Shown piece by piece: positions 58,456 to 64,000 of a DNA stretch of 64,000 nucleotides. The DNA comes from a virus. Both the position numbers and the translations under genes were made by a program. The notes beneath the pieces were generated by a model that worked only from the letters and a program-made list of their open reading frames with translations, was not told the origin of the DNA and did not search any database. The DNA is taken from the IMG/VR virus record IMGVR_UViG_3300024346_007254, positions 10,883 to 74,882 of that record. The stretch is one strand, 5' to 3'. Position 1 is the first letter of the stretch, and the number at the start of each line of letters is the position of its first letter.

Positions 58456-61400
58456 TAGAAAATAAAGCCTCCAGTATTAGTTGATGAATTTGTTGATGAG
58501 CTTTGAATGCCACTCGATGAACTTCCTGTTGATGTTACAATTGCGCCTTCGGATTTTAGTCGCTCTGCTGTAATTGCTGAAATAACTTCGACATCATCAA
58601 CAGTAGCACTGCTAATAAAGATCTCGTCCGATTCGCATTTTATTTCAAAAAGGCTGCCGAAGTTGCTATTTGCGTCTCTTGGTACTAGTACAATACTAGC
58701 AAGATCCGGTGTTAATTCTTTCATAATATATGCACTTAATTCGCTCCAATAAAATGTTTCGCCAAAGTCCCAGTTGTCAAGTGCAAAGAAATTATTCACT
58801 GCACTAATAACACGAGATTTTACGTCGTTGTCATTAACAACTCTATCTGAATTTTTTACAATTTTAAATACTGCTTGCATATCTGGTTCACTTTTGTCAC
58901 CGAATAAAATTTTATATTTTACAGGTTGATATATTACTTCGTCACTTATACTCTTAATCTTATTAATCTCTGCTCCGTAGCTTCTAAACAATTGATCACT
59001 ACTTGGTGGTAGTGGACTATTAACAACTGTACCATTTAGGTATTGTCTAAAAATAGTATCATACTGTCTAGTAAGAATGTATGTGTCAATAATGTTTGTA
59101 CTACTTGGATCAATTCTTGTATTTTCGTCACTAGCATGATTGTACTGAAATTTAATATTTTCTCTTCCAATGTATGCATTATAATCAAACAGGGTGCTTA
59201 GAGTCCTTGTAAGACTATTAAGTTGATAGAAAACGTCATCGGCAACAACATAGTAAATAGGATCGCCAATTGCTTGCAAACTAATGTTTGCTGAACTAGC
59301 AACTGTAACAATATTTTCAGTTACAGAATTAACGTACACTTCAAATTCACTGCTGTTAATTACTACTTTCTTTGTAAAGACATATTGTGACGGATCAACA
59401 ATTACATCAAAGATTTCAGGATCGTCAACAACCCCGTCGTCGTCGCTATCAAAGTATGTTACTTCAACTTTCTTGCTATCGACATATCCACTAGTATCTC
59501 TGTATTCTTTTGACACTTGCCAGCCGAAATCTCTAGTAAAAGCACTTGTTCCCGGATCAGTATTAATGTCGGTATTAATACTTAGTACAGAAATTTTATC
59601 TCTAATAATGTTTCCTGTTTTGCTATCATAGATTTTCTTATTGCCGTCAAAGTAGAATCTAACTTCAGTGTCGCTTTCAAAGATATATCTAAAGTTACGA
59701 TATGTAACTTCATAGCTTGTACCGTCAGTCTCAAACAACACAATCCAACTACTGTCGATTTGTTGTCCAGTATTATCGCCAGCAAGACCCAAACTAAAGT
59801 CAGTTACCACATTTAGGTTTTCCTGTGTTATAACTCTCCATGCTCTAAGCTCTCTGTCATATCTTAATCCAAAAGTTCTATAAGCAAATGCGTTATCGAT
59901 AATTTGTGACTTAACTGAGTTAGACAAATCTCGAACAAATTTAGGTTTAATTTTACTAAGAATGGCTCCATCTGGAATTACATCATTGAAAACAATCGGT
60001 CCTAGACCTGAATCTAATGTTACAGTACCATTACCTGATACACTAACAACTTTAACCCATTTGTAGCTTGTTGCACCTGGAGCATTTAGATTTTCTGTAT
60101 ATCCATCTCCTAGGAAAGCACGTCCTGCTGGAGGTAAAAACTTTACCGATGCGCTCGATTCAAGGAACCTTAGAGGACCTTCAGTAAAGCTACCTACTGT
60201 GTAAGTAATTCCATTTGAATCCTCAATAAGTCCTGTTGATCTATTAGTCTCTGCTGTTACTTGCGTCCATTCTAGATTTAATTCACTGTAATCTTGATCT
60301 GGATATTCTTTAATATAGAAATTTCTAACGTTATTATCTTCAAGAATTTTAGTAATTGTGTTTTCTACTTCACTTTCGATATCTGTTCTTGTGCGGAATT
60401 TAAAAGTTGTTTTACTTAATAGTTCTTCTCTATAAAGAACACCGTCGGTACCAAACAGATTTGTTGTGCTGTACTTTCCAGTAGCATCTAAAATATCATA
60501 GTTTCTGCTAATACCGCTAGCAGTTCTATTAACAGCTTTTACTTTAATAATATCTTGGCTAACTCCTAGCGGGCCAACGTTATAATCTTCTGCTGTAATT
60601 AATCTATTTTGTGTATAATATGTTGACGGAGCATTTGATTTAATACTATCAATTGTTTCTGTGCTTGCTGCATTATCAACTGGAACCTTAAGATCCATTG
60701 TAATAGTTAATGTCTCTGGCTTATTTGCTCTGCTTAAATACGGAATTCTAATAGTAATATTTGTCATGTTTGGCGGAAGGATTACATAATCGCTGTTTGC
60801 GCTAGTTCTGTAATATGTTCTAAAATTACCTTTTGGAAGTTCGCCAAAAATGCCGTCGGCAAATACAAGAGAAACTCTGTCACTTGATCTAGTTATTACG
60901 CTATAGATACTTCTAAGCTTTTTGTTTAAACTGTTAAACACAACATTGTTGCCTTCGACCGAATCAACTTTTGTCCACAATTCGCCCTCTTGGCCATTGC
61001 TGTCTAGCTTGTACAGCCATACGTCACTGTTGTTGATATTTTCAGAGTCTATATTAATTTTTTGGTTCGGCACTGCTGAATCAACAGTAAAATCGCCTCT
61101 TTGAAGCGATCCTTGTCTAAAGTGTGCAAAGAACCCTGTTGTGTTGCTGCCCGGTCCTTGGCCATTGTCTCTGTACACAAAACCCCACTGACTTCCAGGT
61201 AGAGGTGATTCTTCAAATATTTCCCCATCGCCAATTCCAGTGCTTACAACTTCAAATTCAAGAGTCTTGCTGTTAACAGGCTTAGTAAACGTAAAAACTG
61301 AAACACTATTTGAAACATTATTCAAACGATATTGCTCAGTTGCAACACCCGCAATTCTTTCAGACTTAACTGGTCTGCCAAATGTATTTTGTACCGGCAA

Positions 61401-61889
61401 CGACGAATTAAGAATTTTAGTAAACTGCTCAAACCAATCAGGGTTTGTGGTATCATTCCAGACAACTGTTCTGTTTGAAAGATTAAAACCATTACTGTCT
61501 GTAACTTGCTCAGTAGTACGCACACTTGTAAACTTCAACAATCCTTGGGCAGGCCTGTTTCTAGTTGCGTTGTAGCTTAAAAGATTTGCAAGACGTAGCA
61601 CGCTTTCTTTACGTTCTGCAAGTTCAATAAAGTTTTCTCTTGCGTTAAGATCTATACGGAAGCTGATGTTTTGTCCAAGGAAAGCAATCATATCGATTAG
61701 CGCAAGGTATTCACTTGACTCAATGTAGTCATTGAAATCTTCTGGATAATTTTCGCGCAGATATTCGATCATCGTACGACGCAGGTTGTCAAAGTCATAG
61801 CTTTTGAAATCAGCATACTTAAAGCTTTGGTAGATTTTCTTCCAATCTTCTGCTAAAAGCAGTCTATTTTGTCTGTCGGTTGATGACAT
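58455..61889 (-). CDS. baseplate wedge protein, T4 gp6-like
   Basis: YDFDNLRRTMIEYL...DFNDY, ARENFIELAERKESVLRLANLLSY and YTQNRLITAEDY; follows the gp25-like gene. Confidence 0.85.
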   Translation of the reverse strand: MSSTDRQNRLLLAEDWKKIYQSFKYADFKSYDFDNLRRTMIEYLRENYPEDFNDYIESSEYLALIDMIAFLGQNISFRIDLNARENFIELAERKESVLRLANLLSYNATRNRPAQGLLKFTSVRTTEQVTDSNGFNLSNRTVVWNDTTNPDWFEQFTKILNSSLPVQNTFGRPVKSERIAGVATEQYRLNNVSNSVSVFTFTKPVNSKTLEFEVVSTGIGDGEIFEESPLPGSQWGFVYRDNGQGPGSNTTGFFAHFRQGSLQRGDFTVDSAVPNQKINIDSENINNSDVWLYKLDSNGQEGELWTKVDSVEGNNVVFNSLNKKLRSIYSVITRSSDRVSLVFADGIFGELPKGNFRTYYRTSANSDYVILPPNMTNITIRIPYLSRANKPETLTITMDLKVPVDNAASTETIDSIKSNAPSTYYTQNRLITAEDYNVGPLGVSQDIIKVKAVNRTASGISRNYDILDATGKYSTTNLFGTDGVLYREELLSKTTFKFRTRTDIESEVENTITKILEDNNVRNFYIKEYPDQDYSELNLEWTQVTAETNRSTGLIEDSNGITYTVGSFTEGPLRFLESSASVKFLPPAGRAFLGDGYTENLNAPGATSYKWVKVVSVSGNGTVTLDSGLGPIVFNDVIPDGAILSKIKPKFVRDLSNSVKSQIIDNAFAYRTFGLRYDRELRAWRVITQENLNVVTDFSLGLAGDNTGQQIDSSWIVLFETDGTSYEVTYRNFRYIFESDTEVRFYFDGNKKIYDSKTGNIIRDKISVLSINTDINTDPGTSAFTRDFGWQVSKEYRDTSGYVDSKKVEVTYFDSDDDGVVDDPEIFDVIVDPSQYVFTKKVVINSSEFEVYVNSVTENIVTVASSANISLQAIGDPIYYVVADDVFYQLNSLTRTLSTLFDYNAYIGRENIKFQYNHASDENTRIDPSSTNIIDTYILTRQYDTIFRQYLNGTVVNSPLPPSSDQLFRSYGAEINKIKSISDEVIYQPVKYKILFGDKSEPDMQAVFKIVKNSDRVVNDNDVKSRVISAVNNFFALDNWDFGETFYWSELSAYIMKELTPDLASIVLVPRDANSNFGSLFEIKCESDEIFISSATVDDVEVISAITAERLKSEGAIVTSTGSSSSGIQSSSTNSSTNTGGFIF

Positions 61890-61913
61890 GTGGCACTTTC
61901 CTCAATTATATAA

Positions 61914-61919
61914 TATTTA
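61914..61919 (-). promoter_or_regulatory. putative late promoter box TAAATA
   Basis: ATAAATA in the intergenic gap, upstream of a GAGGA SD and ATG 61889. Confidence 0.6.
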
Positions 61920-61941
61920 TGAGAATCTTAAAGTGCGTGTA

Positions 61942-62385
61942 TTAAATGAGTCCGTTTCTTTGATCAAAACTTAGTTTTAATTGTTCGCTAATACTGTACT
62001 CAATATACGTTAAATCACACTCAATTTGGATACCAGATTCGTAGCTATTAACAATAACTCTATCAACTTTAACACGCTTATCATAGCTAATGATTTCTGT
62101 TACATTTTGTATGATAACATCTTTTAATGAATCAGTTAGTGGCTCGTAAAGCACATCCCAGATGATTGTTCCAAAGCTAGGATTCTCTAATTTTTCGCCT
62201 AAACGAATATGAAAATGATTTACTAAATCTTGCTTAATAAGAGCAAGATCAAAAAGCTTAAATTCTTTAGTTGTTGGATCTGTGGTGGAAATTCCTCTGT
62301 AGGTTCCAGATGAAACTTTTGGCGCTTCTCTTTTAGGAGGAACAACTCTTAAATTTTTGTACAGATTTTTTTCTAATGAACTCAT
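61942..62385 (-). CDS. baseplate wedge subunit, gp25/GPW-like
   Basis: DLALIKQDLVNHFHIRLGEKLENPSFGTIIWDVLYEP...YDKRV. Confidence 0.88.
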   Translation of the reverse strand: MSSLEKNLYKNLRVVPPKREAPKVSSGTYRGISTTDPTTKEFKLFDLALIKQDLVNHFHIRLGEKLENPSFGTIIWDVLYEPLTDSLKDVIIQNVTEIISYDKRVKVDRVIVNSYESGIQIECDLTYIEYSISEQLKLSFDQRNGLI

Positions 62386-62389
62386 AACA

Positions 62390-62395
62390 TATTTA
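62390..62395 (-). promoter_or_regulatory. putative late promoter box TAAATA
   Basis: TAAATA-TGTT-ATG, the same 13-mer as before the aminotransferase at 22615-22627. Confidence 0.65.
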
Positions 62396-62400
62396 CCTTA

Positions 62401-63531
62401 TTATCTAGGACCTCTATTTGGCTGTGTTCGTATCGGTGCAGTTGCTGGTGCTTCATTAATTGCTGCATCAGCCGCAGCAATAAGCTGGTCTGTTGTAGGT
62501 CTTGAATTGTTTAATGTATAAGGGCCAAATTGTGCTCGAGGATCGTCTGTAGCACGCGGTGGATATCGTCTGTTAAATGCTTCAATTTCTTCAGGCGTAG
62601 ATCCTGCTGGCGGCAATGGTTGAATTGTAATTGTTGACGAAGGAAGAACAGGAAGTACATTATTTGCTGCAGGGGCCGGACTTGCACTTGTTGCAAAAAT
62701 TGATGTATCAATTCCTGTTGGTATTGTCCAATTTCTTCTAACGTGAGTCACTCTAAATAAAGGATTAGAAACACTGTATGGCATAGAAGTAACTTTTACA
62801 GTCTCAGCTTGATCGCCGCCAATTATTTGCATTGTTTGCTGCGCCGGATCAAAGCTTTGAATAAATCCAATATGTTGTATATTAACATTGCTAGTAAAAA
62901 TAACCATATCCCATTTTCTAACATTAGTTAACGGACCGGCATGAAATCTAACTGAATCTCCATATGTACGAAATGCACTAGGTGCCATAGTTCTTAGTCC
63001 TTGAAATCCTGATTTTACTAGTACCCAAGTAGCAAATGCTGCTGCCCATGAAAACTGTCCTGTTCCGCCGTCTTGTGTGAATCCTCTGCCGGCAAATCTG
63101 TATGCTTCTAGAATATTTTCATTTCCAGGATCAGCGTTTCTAACAGTCCAGTCCATTGTAAGTGTTTTATTTAGAACAAAATCAAGTGCTTCCCAAGTTC
63201 TTGGCGAAATTCCAGACGCTAACAAATCATCATCTATAGTTGGATCAACTGTATTAACAATTGATGATGATCCAAAAAGCCCGCCGGATGAGCCAGATGA
63301 GCCTAATGACGGACTTCCGTTGTTTGCTAAATCTGGAACAATAAAATCAGCAGGTGCTCCTTGGGTTGTAAATATATCAGATAAAGCAGTTGCAATGCTA
63401 CCTATTGCTTGTAGGCCCGCAACTGCACCGAGTGCATTAGTAATGCCTGAAGTAAAACTAGGCTGTGTACTTCCGCCAAGTGAACTATCATCATCAATTG
63501 GGACAATTATTGTACTATCGTCTTCAGCCAT
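62401..63531 (-). CDS. baseplate-associated CHAP/NlpC-P60-like (TIGR02594-like) protein, catalytic Cys absent
   Basis: NENILEAY...WAAAFATWVL..SG...A..F..YG...DMVIF...HIGF...GGDQ, flanked by low-complexity regions. Confidence 0.65.
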   Translation of the reverse strand: MAEDDSTIIVPIDDDSSLGGSTQPSFTSGITNALGAVAGLQAIGSIATALSDIFTTQGAPADFIVPDLANNGSPSLGSSGSSGGLFGSSSIVNTVDPTIDDDLLASGISPRTWEALDFVLNKTLTMDWTVRNADPGNENILEAYRFAGRGFTQDGGTGQFSWAAAFATWVLVKSGFQGLRTMAPSAFRTYGDSVRFHAGPLTNVRKWDMVIFTSNVNIQHIGFIQSFDPAQQTMQIIGGDQAETVKVTSMPYSVSNPLFRVTHVRRNWTIPTGIDTSIFATSASPAPAANNVLPVLPSSTITIQPLPPAGSTPEEIEAFNRRYPPRATDDPRAQFGPYTLNNSRPTTDQLIAAADAAINEAPATAPIRTQPNRGPR

Positions 63532-64000
63532 TTCTTATGCCCTCTATTAGTGCGTCAACCGCCCATTTCGGATATGCTTGTCCGCCGTATGGCCAAGCTG
63601 CCGGTTGTCTATTCCAACCAGATCCGTTATCTCCACCTAGCATATCAAGGTGGAATAGTCCATTACCCATTGTTGAATTGCCGCCGCCGACGCCAACGCC
63701 TCGGCCGCCATATTTGGCAAATGCTTCTATAAAGTTAATAATTCTGTTTCTATCTGCTTCATTAGTTGGTAACAAACTTCTATAATTGCCGTTAACGCTT
63801 ATTTGAAGATATGCATCAATGCATAATCCAGTATCGTGTCTTTCTGTACCAGTTCTCCAACTCGCGCCGTTTGATCTAAATTCAAACTGCCCACTTGCTG
63901 GGTTTAGCTTTCTCCAACTATTTCCAGATCCTGACATGTCGGCACCTGGGCCAACTGCTCTTGAAGGGAAAGTGCGCCAGTTTGATATCGGTAATTGAGT
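63524..64000 (-). CDS. C-terminal part of a baseplate protein with a peptidase M15-like domain (partial)
   Basis: The frame stays open to the window end (TQLPISNWRTF...). RHDTGLCID...GVG...FHLD matches an H-x6-D...HxD Zn motif. Confidence 0.6.
   Translation of the reverse strand, partial: TQLPISNWRTFPSRAVGPGADMSGSGNSWRKLNPASGQFEFRSNGASWRTGTERHDTGLCIDAYLQISVNGNYRSLLPTNEADRNRIINFIEAFAKYGGRGVGVGGGNSTMGNGLFHLDMLGGDNGSGWNRQPAAWPYGGQAYPKWAVDALIEGIRNG

Noticed and set aside
1427-63785. Numerous 60-160 aa ORFs from the track that lie antisense to or nested in longer genes
   Set aside because: They overlap motif-bearing genes completely and have no recognisable motif or start signal, so they are best explained as shadow ORFs.
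1-64000. Stop-codon reassignment as found in some large phages
   Set aside because: Genes tile the window densely in the standard code, including a 13.7-kb ORF, and TAA, TAG and TGA all end genes at sensible points.
1-64000. CRISPR array, tRNA/rRNA genes, IS elements, introns, diversity-generating retroelement
   Set aside because: Intergenic gaps are under about 60 bp, and no spaced repeats, transposase, homing endonuclease or reverse transcriptase motifs were seen by eye.

Overview
This window is part of a large AT-rich (visually about 35% GC) tailed phage genome of myovirus type, read in the standard genetic code. The right 27 kb (36826-64000, all minus strand) is a baseplate and tail-fibre block. 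It holds a partial M15-like peptidase domain protein, a CHAP/TIGR02594-like protein with Cys replaced by Ala, gp25-like and gp6-like wedge proteins, a 4570-aa giant wedge/fibre protein, and five fibre-like proteins in two paralogous families. The left ~37 kb (1-36771, open at the left edge) is an unusually dense tailoring-enzyme cluster. It contains 11 radical SAM genes with CxxxCxxC, one degenerate radical-SAM-like gene, six glycosyltransferase-like genes in three paralog pairs, five SGNH-like GCS proteins, five 2OG-Fe(II)/cupin-type oxygenases and two methyltransferases. It also has two mini-SDRs, an NDP-sugar epimerase/dehydratase, a truncated DegT-type aminotransferase, an amidinotransferase, a QueC-like PP-loop enzyme, a GNAT-like protein, an LnmK/Pnap_2097-like hotdog protein and two kinase-like proteins. 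T4-late-like (TA)TAAATA boxes precede both structural and enzyme genes, often only 4-5 nt before ATG. Two sigma70-type promoters head two of the enzyme operons. The best working hypothesis (inference) is a phage-encoded pathway that builds a heavily modified glycan to decorate the virion; DNA or host-surface modification remain alternatives. All product calls come from motifs read by eye, and no database search was run. No tRNA, rRNA, CRISPR array or mobile element was recognised.
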